Part shown: piece by piece, positions 7,769-17,423 of the stretch
How positions within the stretch are numbered: position 1 is the stretch's first letter
Layout: every line of letters begins with the position of its first letter
Source of the DNA: Acidaminobacter sp. JC074
GTDB taxonomy: Bacteria; Bacillota; Clostridia; Peptostreptococcales; Acidaminobacteraceae
DNA length: 24,000 nt
Direction of reading: 5' to 3'
Assembly: GCF_022496765.1 (NCBI RefSeq)
Contig: NZ_VANV01000003.1
Coordinates: 1 to 24,000, forward strand
The notes under the pieces: model-generated
What the model was told of the DNA's origin: nothing
Database searches by the model: none
What the model saw: the letters and a program-made list of their open reading frames with translations, nothing else
Program-made: the position numbers and the translations under genes

Positions 7769-8045
7769 TGTATTTAAATGATGTGGTTACCATAAAACTA
7801 GATTCAAGTAAATGTGTTAAATGTGGGGAATGTGTTCAGGTATGTCCAAGAGAAGTTTTTAAGCTATCAAGTGAACTTCAAATAGTAAAAAAAGATGCCT
7901 GTATAGAGTGTGGTGCTTGTCAGATGAACTTCCGACAAAAGCCTTAAGCGTGGATGCTGGAACGGGTTGTGCTATTGCGATCATGGCCAGATACTTTAAA
8001 AATAGCAAATGGCTTAAGCCACTTGCTAATAAGGATTGTTGCTAA
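7765..8045 (+). CDS. hgcB: HgcB, 2x[4Fe-4S] ferredoxin of the mercury-methylation system. Contains an apparent 1-nt deletion at 7930/7931.
   Basis: CVKCGECVQVCP...CIECGACQMN-[frameshift]-CPTKALSVDAGTGCAIAIMARYFKNSKWLKPLANKDCC*. CxECGACxxNCP plus SVDAGxGCAxAI and the C-terminal CC pair are HgcB hallmarks. The start overlaps the hgcA extended-frame stop (ATGA). Confidence 0.9.
8004..8027. repeat. Near-perfect palindrome over the convergent 3' ends of hgcB and thpR: agcaa-a-tggctt/aagcca-c-ttgct
   Basis: Direct reading. It could act as a bidirectional transcript-end structure, but has no T-tract. Confidence 0.5.
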
Positions 8046-8562
8046 ATTCAATTTCATAAATTGGCTCATAAGTCAAAATGTCTTTGACACGATGACTGTG
8101 CATAAGAGCCAAGGATTTGATTTCTAAATCCAGTGGTGGAATCATAAAATCATTGGTTTGAATATCTAATATAACTTGCCGTCCCATAGTAATATGTGGA
8201 TGGTATTTTCTTTTTTCGAAAGGCAGATCATAAACTTCTAGGAGTTTTCTGAGATTCTTTTGAAGCCTTATTAGGTCTGGACTATCTTTTAATCCAAGCC
8301 ATAAGACAGATTTGTTCTTTTTAGGAAATTCACCAACATGATTGCAGACAAGTGGAAATGAATCATGTGACAAGTGGTCCAAAACTTCCTCGTAAACTGC
8401 AAGGTCTGCCTGTTTGATTTCGCCGATAAATTCCAGTGTCAGATGAATATTATCTTTAGTTACAAATTTGCCTTTTAATGCATGGTTGGACAAGCTGTCA
8501 CGATAAAAAGACAGTTTTTCTTTAGTTTTTTCAGTGAATGTAATCGCGTAAAATACTCGCAT
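8026..8562 (-). CDS. thpR: RNA 2',3'-cyclic phosphodiesterase (LigT/ThpR family)
   Basis: Two HxT motifs, IHLTLEFIGE and HPHITMGR. N-terminal MRVFYAI. Confidence 0.9.
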   Translation of the reverse strand: MRVFYAITFTEKTKEKLSFYRDSLSNHALKGKFVTKDNIHLTLEFIGEIKQADLAVYEEVLDHLSHDSFPLVCNHVGEFPKKNKSVLWLGLKDSPDLIRLQKNLRKLLEVYDLPFEKRKYHPHITMGRQVILDIQTNDFMIPPLDLEIKSLALMHSHRVKDILTYEPIYEIEFSNNPY

Positions 8563-8608
8563 GTGGCCCTCCTGTACATATTATAGCATTTATTTTTGAA
8601 AAAAAGTA

Positions 8609-8637
8609 TTGACTATTTATGCATGTCTATGTATAAT
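8609..8637 (+). promoter_or_regulatory. Sigma-70 promoter for the T-box/argGH unit: TTGACT-N17-TATAAT
   Basis: -35 at 8609-8614, -10 at 8632-8637, spacer 17 nt. Confidence 0.8.
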
Positions 8638-8644
8638 TATTTTC

Positions 8645-8925
8645 AAAATAAGAAATGCGTCAGATAAAAGGATAATATATGGGATCCAGTCCAGCGAATC
8701 AGGGTATGGTGTGAGCCTGATCAAGTATGAACATATTGAGAACCTTTTAAAGCAGCTTGTAAGAACTTATGTAAGACAAGCCGGAAGTCCACCGTTATAG
8801 GGAATAGGTATCGTTTAGTCCGTACTGAAAAAAGAGAGCTTTTGCTAATTTGGGTGGCACCGCGGTCGTAGGATCGTCCCAAGTATGGGTAAGTTTTGTA
8901 TAAATATCCTAGGGATATTTTTTTA
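8645..8925 (+). ncRNA. T-box riboswitch leader, probable tRNA-Arg specificity (specifier AGA at 8739-8741)
   Basis: T-box core GGGTGGCACCGCGG at 8852-8865. Stem I base AAAAGG (8666-8671)/CCTTTT (8743-8748). AGA followed by A directly 5' of the CCTTTT strand. Distal stem I AATCAGG...GGTGTGAGCCTGAT. Terminator 8902-8925. Confidence 0.92.
8902..8925 (+). terminator. T-box leader terminator
   Basis: AAATATCC-TAG-GGATATTT followed by TTTT. Confidence 0.75.
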
Positions 8926-8941
8926 GTTTTTGGAGGTAATT

Positions 8942-10204
8942 ATGAAGAAGGTTGTACTTGCATACTCGGGTGGTTTAGACACATCAGTAATTTTAAAGTG
9001 GTTAGAAGTTGAAAAGAATTATGACGTTATTGCTGTTTGTGTAGATGTTGGTCAAAAGGACAATTATGAAGACGTCGCTAAAAAAGCACTTCAAGTAGGT
9101 GCTAAGAAAGTTTATATTGTTGATGCAAAAGAAGCTTTTGTTGAAAATTATGTATTTAAAGGATTAAAGGCTGGGGCCGTTTATGAGTCAAAGTATTTAT
9201 TAGGTACAGCTTATGCTAGACCCTTAATTGCCAAGCAGCTGGTGGAGATTGCCAAAAAAGAAGGTGCTGTTGCTATTTCACATGGGGCAACTGGTAAAGG
9301 GAATGACCAGGTAAGATTTGAGGCTGGTATCATGGCCTTGGCGCCTAAAATAAAAGTCATTGCACCTTGGAGAGAGTGGGATTTAAAATCACGTGAAGAT
9401 TGTATTGCCTATGCAAAAAAATACAATATCCCTTTAACAGTAACTAAGAAGAACATCTATTCAAGAGATGAAAACTTATACCATATCAGTCATGAAGGTG
9501 GTGAGCTTGAGTATCCAGATCAAGAGCATCAAGAAGGTGTTTACAAGTGGGTTTCGCCCATGTCAAAGACACCTGATATTCCTGAGAATATCACCATTGA
9601 CTTTGAAGGGGGTATTCCTGTAAGCGTTAATGGGGAAAAAATGGATCCAGTTCAGCTATTAGGTCATTTGAATAAACTAGGTTCTACCCATAAGGTAGGC
9701 GTTATTGACATCGTTGAGAACAGACTGGTAGGTATGAAGTCTCGTGGTGTATATGAAACACCAGGTGGCACCATCTTACACGAAGCCCACCAAGCCTTAG
9801 AGTCTTTGGTATTAGATAGAGCAACACTTAAGATGAAAAAATCTCTGGCAATCAATTATGCTGATTTGGTTTATGATGGTCTTTGGTTTTCGCCACTCAA
9901 AGATGCCTTAGATGCATTTGTTGATACAACACAAGAAGTGGTAACAGGTCAAGTGGTTTTAACACTTTTCAAAGGCCAAGTAACAGCAGCTTCTATGACA
10001 TCGCCATACTCACTCTATGATGAAGAGTTTGTAACCTTTGGTGAAGACAATGTCTACAAGCAAAATCATGCAGAAGGCTTTATCCAGCTTTTCACATTGC
10101 CACTTAAGATGAAGCATTTGAAACAAGAAGTTAAGACAACAGAAGATGTTTGTCATATGATAGTTAGTGAGGGTACTTATGAAAGCATGGCAGGGACGAT
10201 TTAG
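8942..10204 (+). CDS. argG: Argininosuccinate synthase (start corrected to [11 protein letters not shown])
   Basis: [53 protein letters not shown] ggaggt at 8932-8937. Confidence 0.97.
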   Translation: MKKVVLAYSGGLDTSVILKWLEVEKNYDVIAVCVDVGQKDNYEDVAKKALQVGAKKVYIVDAKEAFVENYVFKGLKAGAVYESKYLLGTAYARPLIAKQLVEIAKKEGAVAISHGATGKGNDQVRFEAGIMALAPKIKVIAPWREWDLKSREDCIAYAKKYNIPLTVTKKNIYSRDENLYHISHEGGELEYPDQEHQEGVYKWVSPMSKTPDIPENITIDFEGGIPVSVNGEKMDPVQLLGHLNKLGSTHKVGVIDIVENRLVGMKSRGVYETPGGTILHEAHQALESLVLDRATLKMKKSLAINYADLVYDGLWFSPLKDALDAFVDTTQEVVTGQVVLTLFKGQVTAASMTSPYSLYDEEFVTFGEDNVYKQNHAEGFIQLFTLPLKMKHLKQEVKTTEDVCHMIVSEGTYESMAGTI

Positions 10205-11555
10205 TGAAGCGACACATGAGCTGATGGAGAAATTTAATGCATCCATTGTTTTTGATAAAAGACTTTATAAGGTGGATATAAAGGGGACCATAGCCCATGT
10301 AAAGATGTTATCTTCTATAGGTGTCCTTACTCCTAAGGAAAAAGACACGCTTGTAAAAGGACTAGAAGTATTATTAAAAGACATAGAAGCAGGTCAAGTA
10401 GAGTTTTCTTTAGCTGATGAAGACATTCATATGGGGATTGAAAGAGTGCTGACAGAAAGGCTTGGTCCCGTTGCAAAGAAGATGCATACTGGAAGAAGTC
10501 GTAATGATCAAGTTGCGACAGACATCAGACTTTATGTCAAAGATGCCATATTAGACATTCAGGTATTACTGATGGAAACCATGACGACCTTGTTAAAACT
10601 GTCAAGTGAACATGCCTTTTATATGATGCCTGGCTATACCCATCTTCAAAAGGCACAGCCGATTTATCTTTCTTATCATCTAAATGCCTATATCCACATG
10701 TTTAAAAGGGATTATGAACGTTTGGAAGATGTTTTAAAAAGAACCGATGTTTTACCACTCGGTTCTGGCGCCTTAGCTGGTGTGAACTATGATTCAGACA
10801 GAGAACTTGTTGCAGAAATCTTAAATTTTACAGCGATATCATCTAATGGTCTTGACGCGGTAAGTGACCGAGATTTTATCATAGAATTTCAATCAGCGCT
10901 TTCACTGATTATGATGCATTTAAGTCGTTTATCTGAGGAACTCATTATGTGGCAAACAGAACAGTTTTCCTATATTACAATAGGTGATGCATTTACAACA
11001 GGCTCAAGTCTGATGCCGCAAAAGAAAAATCCAGACGCCTGTGAACTGATCAGAGGTAAGACAGGCAGGGTATTTGGTTCTTTGATGAATATCTTAACAG
11101 TTATGAAATCACTGCCTCTTGCCTATAACAAGGATATGCAAGAAGATAAGGAAGGTTTGTTTGACTCAGTAGATACAGTAGGCATGATCCTGTCACTCTT
11201 ATCACCTATGCTTGAATCTGTAGTTTTTCATGAAGACAAGATGAAAAAGGATGTATATAATTCTTTTCTAAATGCCACTGAACTTGCTGATTATTTGGTA
11301 TCTAAAGATTTTCCTTTCAGAGAGGCGCATCATCTAACAGGGGAGCTTGTAAAGTACTGTATTGATAATGACATCTACCTTTTGGATCTGCCACTTGATG
11401 TTTACAGATCTTATACACCTCTTATAGATGCGTCTGTATATGATGCATTAGACTTTGAAAACGCCATAGAAAATAAGTTGAGCTACGGGTCTACATCGAA
11501 AAAATCTATAGAAGCGGACTTTGAGATTATAAAAGGATTTTTAGAGTCTTTGTAA
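10179..11555 (+). CDS. argH: Argininosuccinate lyase (start corrected to MKAWQGRF)
   Basis: [30 protein letters not shown]-type motif ([14 protein letters not shown]), [12 protein letters not shown]. Overlaps argG by 26 nt. Confidence 0.97.
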   Translation: MKAWQGRFSEATHELMEKFNASIVFDKRLYKVDIKGTIAHVKMLSSIGVLTPKEKDTLVKGLEVLLKDIEAGQVEFSLADEDIHMGIERVLTERLGPVAKKMHTGRSRNDQVATDIRLYVKDAILDIQVLLMETMTTLLKLSSEHAFYMMPGYTHLQKAQPIYLSYHLNAYIHMFKRDYERLEDVLKRTDVLPLGSGALAGVNYDSDRELVAEILNFTAISSNGLDAVSDRDFIIEFQSALSLIMMHLSRLSEELIMWQTEQFSYITIGDAFTTGSSLMPQKKNPDACELIRGKTGRVFGSLMNILTVMKSLPLAYNKDMQEDKEGLFDSVDTVGMILSLLSPMLESVVFHEDKMKKDVYNSFLNATELADYLVSKDFPFREAHHLTGELVKYCIDNDIYLLDLPLDVYRSYTPLIDASVYDALDFENAIENKLSYGSTSKKSIEADFEIIKGFLESL

Positions 11556-11592
11556 ATCTTCATTTTCATTATATAATGGATTTGGAGGCTAT

Positions 11593-12243
11593 ATGAAAAC
11601 AGTGGGGTTATTGGGTAGCAGGAATTATAAGAAGGCTACCATGTATTTAGAAGCGATCAATCAAAAGCTAAAGACGCATTTTAGAGAAAAAAGAACAGCT
11701 AAAGTCGTCTTAAATACCATCGATGTTTCTGAAATCAGTAGGGATAAGGTGATCTACTCAAAAGAGTTGATCTATTATTCAACTGTTTTAAGAGAGGCCG
11801 GTGCACATATTCTCGTTCTATGTGATGATCTAGACCATGAGTATGCCAAGTCTATAAGAAGAAACATCAATATGCCGCTCGTTCACATAGGAGAAGCGGT
11901 TGGTGAAAGACTGAAATCTGATAATATTAAGAAGGCACTTTTGATTGGTTCAAGAGAAATCATGCAGGCAGACTTTTTTATCGCTGCCATGAACAGGTCT
12001 GGTGTGACAGTTCATCTACCACCTATGAAGGTCATCAATGAAATTCATGAGATGATTGAAAAGAAAGAGGATCCCATTAAGCTTATCAGCATGATAGAGT
12101 CTTTTAGAATGAAGGGAGTCTCTGGTGTTGTATTGACAGAAGATGTTGGCATAGACCCCAGTGATTTAAGTATCAATGTTTACAATAGTTTTGATATCCA
12201 TGTAGATAAAATCGTTAATGAAATAATGAAAGGTATCATTTAA
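11593..12243 (+). CDS. Aspartate/glutamate racemase-superfamily-like protein, atypical active site
   Basis: 216 aa: GLLGSRNYKKATMYLEAIN, HILVLCDDLDHEYAKSIRRNINMPLVHIGEAVGERLK...KALLIGSREIM, GVSGVVLTEDVGI. Two-domain racemase architecture by motif pattern. Confidence 0.7.
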   Translation: MKTVGLLGSRNYKKATMYLEAINQKLKTHFREKRTAKVVLNTIDVSEISRDKVIYSKELIYYSTVLREAGAHILVLCDDLDHEYAKSIRRNINMPLVHIGEAVGERLKSDNIKKALLIGSREIMQADFFIAAMNRSGVTVHLPPMKVINEIHEMIEKKEDPIKLISMIESFRMKGVSGVVLTEDVGIDPSDLSINVYNSFDIHVDKIVNEIMKGII

Positions 12244-12245
12244 GA

Positions 12246-12275
12246 AAGGTAATTCACTATTTGGTGAATTACCTT
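12246..12275. terminator. Bidirectional terminator, 12-bp stem
   Basis: AAGGTAATTCAC-tatttg-GTGAATTACCTT, followed by CTTTTTT. Confidence 0.88.
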
Positions 12276-12280
12276 CTTTT

Positions 12281-14314
12281 TTAAACTTTGAATTTGTTCA
12301 TTTCGTTTTGAAGAACTTCTGCCATAGAGTTTAGTTCTTCCATGCTAGCTGTAATTTCTTCAATTGAAGCAGATTGCATCTGGATATTGGTAGTGATTTC
12401 ACCAATGGCGCCAGCACCTTCCATAGAAGAATGTGTAATAGAATCCATCGCATGAGAAATATCTTGTGTAACAGCTGTTTGATTATTGATCATACCAGTC
12501 ATGTTGTCGATATTTTCTACAACATTTGAAACCAGTGAAACTATATTACTCATTTCTTTATCTGTATTTTCTATGTTTTGTACACTTACCTTAACCTGTT
12601 CTTTTTCATTGGCAACTGATTTGAGTGCTTGGTTGGACTGTGTCACGATTTCGTCTATAAGTTGCGTGATGCTTTGTGCAGAGGTTCTACTTTCTTCTGC
12701 AAGTTTTCTGACCTCTTCGGCAACAACAGCGAAACCTTTACCATGTTCTCCAGCCCGTGCAGCTTCAATTGCAGCATTTAAGGCCAGCAGATTTACTTGC
12801 TCAGAAATGTTGGTAATTATATCAACGATTTCGCCGATTCTGTCGGTAGACTGGCTTAAAGAGCCCATTACATTTTCCATCTCATTTGATAATGATTGTA
12901 CAACTTCTACACTCTCTTTGGCTTTCAGTAGAGCAGAGGTCCCTTGTTGAGTAGCTGTTAGAACTTCAGCACTATTTTTAGCAACTTCTTCAGCTTTTTC
13001 TGCCATAACCATTGAGTTGCTAGCAATTTCTTCTACAGATGCATTGGTTTCTTTTGTAGTACTTGCATTACTTGTGATGCTTTCATTGATTTCGCTTGCA
13101 CTGTGATTGATGTTTTCTAATGACTTAGAACTTTCGTCCATTGTAGCAGATATTTCAGTTACAGAGGTAGATAAGCTCAGTGCATTATCTGAAACATCTT
13201 TGATGATGATTCTCAGTTTTCCAACAAATACATTGAAGAGTTTACTCATTTCTCCAAATTCATCTTTAGTATCTACTTGAAGTTCTTTAGTCAGATCGCC
13301 TTCACCTTCTGATATATCCTTAAGCATCAAGTTAATGAGTTTGATTGGCTTTACGATTAATCGAATAATGACGAAGGTCATAATTAAGACTATGATAATA
13401 GCTGCGACTAAGATGCCAAATACAATTAATCTTAGATTTTCAACTGGTACCATGGCTTCTGCCACATCCACTTCAATAACAAGTCCTAAGTGTTTATCAC
13501 CGATTTCAACAATACCTAGTGCACCCAATACAGGATTATCTAGATAATCAAGGTATGTGCCTACATTTCTGTATTCATAGTCTTTGTCTTTTAAAGCCTG
13601 TGCGAGTCCGCGTGTACCTTCTGAGTCAACGGATTCAATTAGTGAAGCGTCTTTAATGAAATCACCCAGTAAAGTCTCAGAATATAAGAGTTTGTCTTCA
13701 TTCACCAGGTATGAGTCACCTGATTCTCCTAAAGATTTAACACCAGTATGGACTAGACTGTTAATAACTTCTTGGCTTATGACAATGACAAGAGTTCCAT
13801 CTACCGTACCATTATTCTTTATTGGATAGGCAAAGGCCATTACATTGGTATCCACTAGCCCTGAATAAAACAAGTCGGACCATGTTGGTGTACCTTTTAA
13901 TGCTGGGATCATATAGTCTCTTGTGCTGAGGTCGGCTCCCAGTAGCTGTTGGTCATCTGATAATATGATGATACCGTCTTTGTTCGTCACACTTAGAAAT
14001 GAGTAGCCATAAGAATCGCGTATCTGTTGCATAAATTCCATATCTACAGTAGTCGCAGAATAATTGGGATTGTTAACAGCGTTTCGAAGATTTCTTGATG
14101 CTGTTATTACTTCAGCATCGCCATTTCTTTCGATAAAGTAATTGTTGATTTTGATGATGGTGTTTTCTAGATAAACACCATTACCGCGGTATATGGAAGC
14201 TTCTAGTGAATCCGCAGATCGGAAGTAGGTGATGGCTGCTAAGACAATTAGAGGAATAATACCTACAAGTATAGCAAAGCTGATGAGTTTTGCCCTAAAG
14301 GGAAGTTTGTTCAT
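12281..14314 (-). CDS. Methyl-accepting chemotaxis protein (Cache-type sensor, HAMP, MCP signalling domain)
   Basis: N-terminal TM, extracellular Cache-like domain, second TM, HAMP ([26 protein letters not shown]), hairpin tip [53 protein letters not shown] aaaaggaga before MNKLPFRAK (14314). Confidence 0.95.
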   Translation of the reverse strand: MNKLPFRAKLISFAILVGIIPLIVLAAITYFRSADSLEASIYRGNGVYLENTIIKINNYFIERNGDAEVITASRNLRNAVNNPNYSATTVDMEFMQQIRDSYGYSFLSVTNKDGIIILSDDQQLLGADLSTRDYMIPALKGTPTWSDLFYSGLVDTNVMAFAYPIKNNGTVDGTLVIVISQEVINSLVHTGVKSLGESGDSYLVNEDKLLYSETLLGDFIKDASLIESVDSEGTRGLAQALKDKDYEYRNVGTYLDYLDNPVLGALGIVEIGDKHLGLVIEVDVAEAMVPVENLRLIVFGILVAAIIIVLIMTFVIIRLIVKPIKLINLMLKDISEGEGDLTKELQVDTKDEFGEMSKLFNVFVGKLRIIIKDVSDNALSLSTSVTEISATMDESSKSLENINHSASEINESITSNASTTKETNASVEEIASNSMVMAEKAEEVAKNSAEVLTATQQGTSALLKAKESVEVVQSLSNEMENVMGSLSQSTDRIGEIVDIITNISEQVNLLALNAAIEAARAGEHGKGFAVVAEEVRKLAEESRTSAQSITQLIDEIVTQSNQALKSVANEKEQVKVSVQNIENTDKEMSNIVSLVSNVVENIDNMTGMINNQTAVTQDISHAMDSITHSSMEGAGAIGEITTNIQMQSASIEEITASMEELNSMAEVLQNEMNKFKV

Positions 14315-14490
14315 AATTATGTCTCCTTTTCTATATTGAATGTTGGAGTACAAATCTTGCTGAGTTTTATATTAGATAATTTTCGATATACTTGCTTATA
14401 CCCAATTAAAAAGAAAATAACTGTTAAAGTATCATGTAAGCAACTTTTTAGATTTCAATATAGAGATTAATCAGGACGGCTAATTAAAAT

Positions 14491-14519
14491 TTGACACTAG
14501 AACGTATGTTTGGTATAGT
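14491..14519 (+). promoter_or_regulatory. Consensus sigma-70 promoter TTGACA-N17-TATAGT
   Basis: -35 at 14491-14496, -10 at 14514-14519. Confidence 0.75.
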
Positions 14520-14556
14520 GGAATAGGGTAGTAATTTAATATAGTGGGAGGAAAAT

Positions 14557-15030
14557 ATGGACAAGTATTTAGAAGGTTTAGAAATGATTGAAGCATCATG
14601 TGGTAATGGTAAAGACAATATAATTGCACTTGCGACTATTGCTATCGAAGACAGTTCAAACGGTAATCCAAGACCATTTGTACGTGAAGTAGACGCATAT
14701 TATGAAGATGGCGTATTTTATGTAACGACTTGGGGAAAGTCTAATAAAATCATGCAGGTTGAACACAATGAGGAAGTTGCATTTGTGGTTTGTCAGGAAG
14801 GTATTTCAGGTTCGGGTATTGGTAAGAATTTAGGATGGGTCATGGATCCTAAAAATGCAGAATTAAGATTAAAGCTTAGAAAAGCCTTTGCCAATTGGTA
14901 TGACCATGCCAATAATGAAGAAGATGAAAACTGTGTTATTATGGCCATTGAAATGACAAGAGGAGCCATTTTTAGAGATGAAGGTAAAATTGTTTATAAT
15001 TTAGATTTCATCAACAAGAGAGCTTTGTAA
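14557..15030 (+). CDS. Pyridoxamine 5'-phosphate oxidase-fold family protein
   Basis: 157 aa. RPFVREVDAYYEDGVFYVTTWGKSNKIMQVEHNEEVAFVV is characteristic of the flavin-reductase-like split barrel. RBS gggagg. Confidence 0.8.
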   Translation: MDKYLEGLEMIEASCGNGKDNIIALATIAIEDSSNGNPRPFVREVDAYYEDGVFYVTTWGKSNKIMQVEHNEEVAFVVCQEGISGSGIGKNLGWVMDPKNAELRLKLRKAFANWYDHANNEEDENCVIMAIEMTRGAIFRDEGKIVYNLDFINKRAL

Positions 15031-15049
15031 TTTATGATTGTAAATAGAA

Positions 15050-15080
15050 AAGAGCAGTTAGACTAAGTCTTTCTGCTCTT
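15050..15080. terminator. Terminator
   Basis: AAGAGCAG...CTGCTCTT with nested AGACT/AGTCT. Confidence 0.75.
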
Positions 15081-15099
15081 CTTTGGTTTGAAAACTTGT

Positions 15100-16314
15100 T
15101 TATTGTAAATTTTTTATTCTGTCACTTGTTGGTGGATGACTGTAAGTCAGCTTTACCACCAGTGGGTGAGGTGTTAGATTTGAGAAGTTTTCTCTAGAGA
15201 GTACTTTTAATGCAGAGACCATAGCATCTTTATAACCAGCCTTTTTAGCAACAGCATCGGCTCTGTATTCTGCCTTTCTAGATAAATAAGAAAGCGGCAT
15301 GTTGATCAGGATGCTGATTGGTTCTAATAAGATACCAAATAAGATAATTGAAAAGCCCGTATGTACTTGTGTGAATCCAAAAGCAAGTGACAGTGCGTTT
15401 GATGATAATATCTGAAAAAGTATGGCTAGAAAAATGCCTGTTTGAACCAAAGCGATGACAAAGTTTCTAAAAACATCTTTATGAATTGAATGACCGATCT
15501 CATGGGCTAATACTGAAATGATTTCATCAGTGGTACATTTTTCTAAAAGTGTGTCGTATAAGATGATGCTCTTAAACTTACCAAAACCTGAGAAAAAAGC
15601 ATTGAGTCTTGATGAACGTTTGGATGCATCCATAACGCCGATTGACTTAATCTCATAACCTAGTGATTTAGATAACTGAGTTGCTTTATCATAGAGTTCG
15701 CCTTCTTCAAGTGGTGTTATCTTGTTAAACAACTTGATAAAGACCTTTGTGTATAAAATGTTGATAAGAAGAGTAAAAACTGCCATGGCTATCCATGCGT
15801 ATAGAAGTGCCATTTTACCTGTAAACTCATAGAAGTAGAGTAGAAGTGCTAATAAGCCACCACCTATGATTGCGCCTAATACAAGGCCTTTAATTTGATC
15901 TAATATAAATGTTTTTAGAGTGGTTTTGTTAAAGCCGTATCTTTCTTCTATGTTGAAGGTACGATAAATAGAAAAACCGATCCCAATCATATAGGAAATC
16001 AAAGCATAAACACCTAAGAACAACAAGGTCTGTATGATATTATTTTCTGATAAATTATCTGTAAAAGCTGCAATTCTAGGGAAAACGCCGACTACAAAAA
16101 AGAGTATCAAAACACCTGTATTGATAATCTTTGAAATTAAGTTGAGTTTAAAGACTTCCATGGTATAAAGATGCCATTTCTTATAGTCTTCTTCATCATA
16201 AACATCTTTCACGTTTTCTGGAATAGGCTGGTTTCTATTCTTATAGTTTAGTGTAGATAGTGTGATGTCTATGGTAAATACCAAGAGTATAGCTGCAATT
16301 ATCAATACAAACAT
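15100..16314 (-). CDS. M48 family metallopeptidase (Ste24/CAAX protease-like)
   Basis: VLAHEIGHSIHKD (HExxH), downstream RKAEYRADAVAKKAGY (ExxxD), multiple TM segments and peptidase_M48_N-like N-terminus. Confidence 0.93.
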   Translation of the reverse strand: MFVLIIAAILLVFTIDITLSTLNYKNRNQPIPENVKDVYDEEDYKKWHLYTMEVFKLNLISKIINTGVLILFFVVGVFPRIAAFTDNLSENNIIQTLLFLGVYALISYMIGIGFSIYRTFNIEERYGFNKTTLKTFILDQIKGLVLGAIIGGGLLALLLYFYEFTGKMALLYAWIAMAVFTLLINILYTKVFIKLFNKITPLEEGELYDKATQLSKSLGYEIKSIGVMDASKRSSRLNAFFSGFGKFKSIILYDTLLEKCTTDEIISVLAHEIGHSIHKDVFRNFVIALVQTGIFLAILFQILSSNALSLAFGFTQVHTGFSIILFGILLEPISILINMPLSYLSRKAEYRADAVAKKAGYKDAMVSALKVLSRENFSNLTPHPLVVKLTYSHPPTSDRIKNLQ

Positions 16315-16323
16315 GATTTCTCC

Positions 16324-16872
16324 TTATAAGAATGTTGTGAAATATCCTAAAATCCCTGCTATTGAAATAAGGATGATAGGGTGCATTTTTTGCCTTAGGG
16401 CAATAAATAATATAACAATGGTAATGATAAATGTTTCGAAGTTAAAAGCAATCTGACCATGGCCGCCACTTAGAATGGTTGTTCTTGCCATAACAAGGGC
16501 TGACGCTAAAATCAAGCCGGCTACAACGGGTCTGATACCCAAGAAAATATGTTTCATTATTGGGTGATCGCTGTACTTGAAAAAGAAACCTGATACAAAC
16601 AGTATCAATAAGAGTGATGGCATAGCCACACCAAGTGTTGCAGACATAGAACCTAAGATACCTGCTGTTTTGTAACCGACAAATGTAGCGGAGTTAACAG
16701 CGATAGGGCCTGGTGTCATTTCAGCGATACCAATTATCTGTACAAATTCTTCTTGTAACAGCCAACCTTCTTTGGTAATCAAATCTGAGATCAATGGTAT
16801 CATGGCATAACCGCCACCAAATGAAAACAAACCTATTTTAAAGAAGGACATAAAGAGTCTAAGATAAATCAT
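16324..16872 (-). CDS. Chromate transporter, half-size subunit
   Basis: FFKIGLFSFGGGYAMIPLI, GIAEMTPGPIAVNSATFVGYKTAG. Confidence 0.9.
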   Translation of the reverse strand: MIYLRLFMSFFKIGLFSFGGGYAMIPLISDLITKEGWLLQEEFVQIIGIAEMTPGPIAVNSATFVGYKTAGILGSMSATLGVAMPSLLLILFVSGFFFKYSDHPIMKHIFLGIRPVVAGLILASALVMARTTILSGGHGQIAFNFETFIITIVILFIALRQKMHPIILISIAGILGYFTTFL

Positions 16873-17422
16873 CGTCGCCTCCTTTATAATGATGGTTGTA
16901 CAAGTAGAGTAAGAAACCTACTAGGCCGCCTCCGATGATCAAGAAAATTGGGCTGATATCAGTAAATAATATAACGACTACTGTTACAATGACCAGCACA
17001 ACACTCAGACCATCATGTATGGCCACCTTCAACATTTTTCTAGCAGCAAGTATAATTAGAACAATGACTGCACCATTAATGCCTGTAAAGATGGCTTTGA
17101 TGGTATTGTTGTCAGAAATTCTAGAGAAGAATGTTGCTATGATTGTGATGATAAAAAAGGATGGCAAGATAACCCCGATGGTTGCAAATATAGCACCTAG
17201 TTTACCGGCTACCTTATAGCCTACTAAGGTTGATGTGTTAATGGCTATTGCACCTGGGAAAGACTGAGAGACTGCAAAATAGTCAAAGATGTCTTCTTTT
17301 TTTACCCATCCCTTGTTGGTCACGATTTCTTCTTCAATCAAAGGAATCATGGCATACCCACCCCCGAAGGTGAATGCCCCTATCTTGAAGAATACTTTAA
17401 AAAGTTCCAAGTAAATGCTCAT
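16859..17422 (-). CDS. Chromate transporter, half-size subunit
   Basis: FFKIGAFTFGGGYAMIPLIEEEIV, AVSQSFPGAIAINTSTLVGYKVAG. Overlaps the partner by 14 nt. Confidence 0.9.
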   Translation of the reverse strand: MSIYLELFKVFFKIGAFTFGGGYAMIPLIEEEIVTNKGWVKKEDIFDYFAVSQSFPGAIAINTSTLVGYKVAGKLGAIFATIGVILPSFFIITIIATFFSRISDNNTIKAIFTGINGAVIVLIILAARKMLKVAIHDGLSVVLVIVTVVVILFTDISPIFLIIGGGLVGFLLYLYNHHYKGGDDDLS

Positions 17423-17423
17423 G

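Noticed and set aside
8609-8800. ORF 63 aa (+)
   Set aside because: Lies entirely in the T-box leader and its promoter. No RBS.
12486-12950. 154-aa ORF (+) antisense to the MCP gene
   Set aside because: Low-complexity Ser/Thr-rich shadow ORF opposite a clear MCP signalling domain.
16935-17219. 94-aa ORF (+) opposite the chromate transporter
   Set aside because: Met/Thr-rich shadow ORF, and antisense to an intact transporter gene.
16324-17422. Tandem half-size chromate transporter genes as a novel arrangement
   Set aside because: Paired short-chain ChrA-like proteins are a known configuration in Firmicutes.
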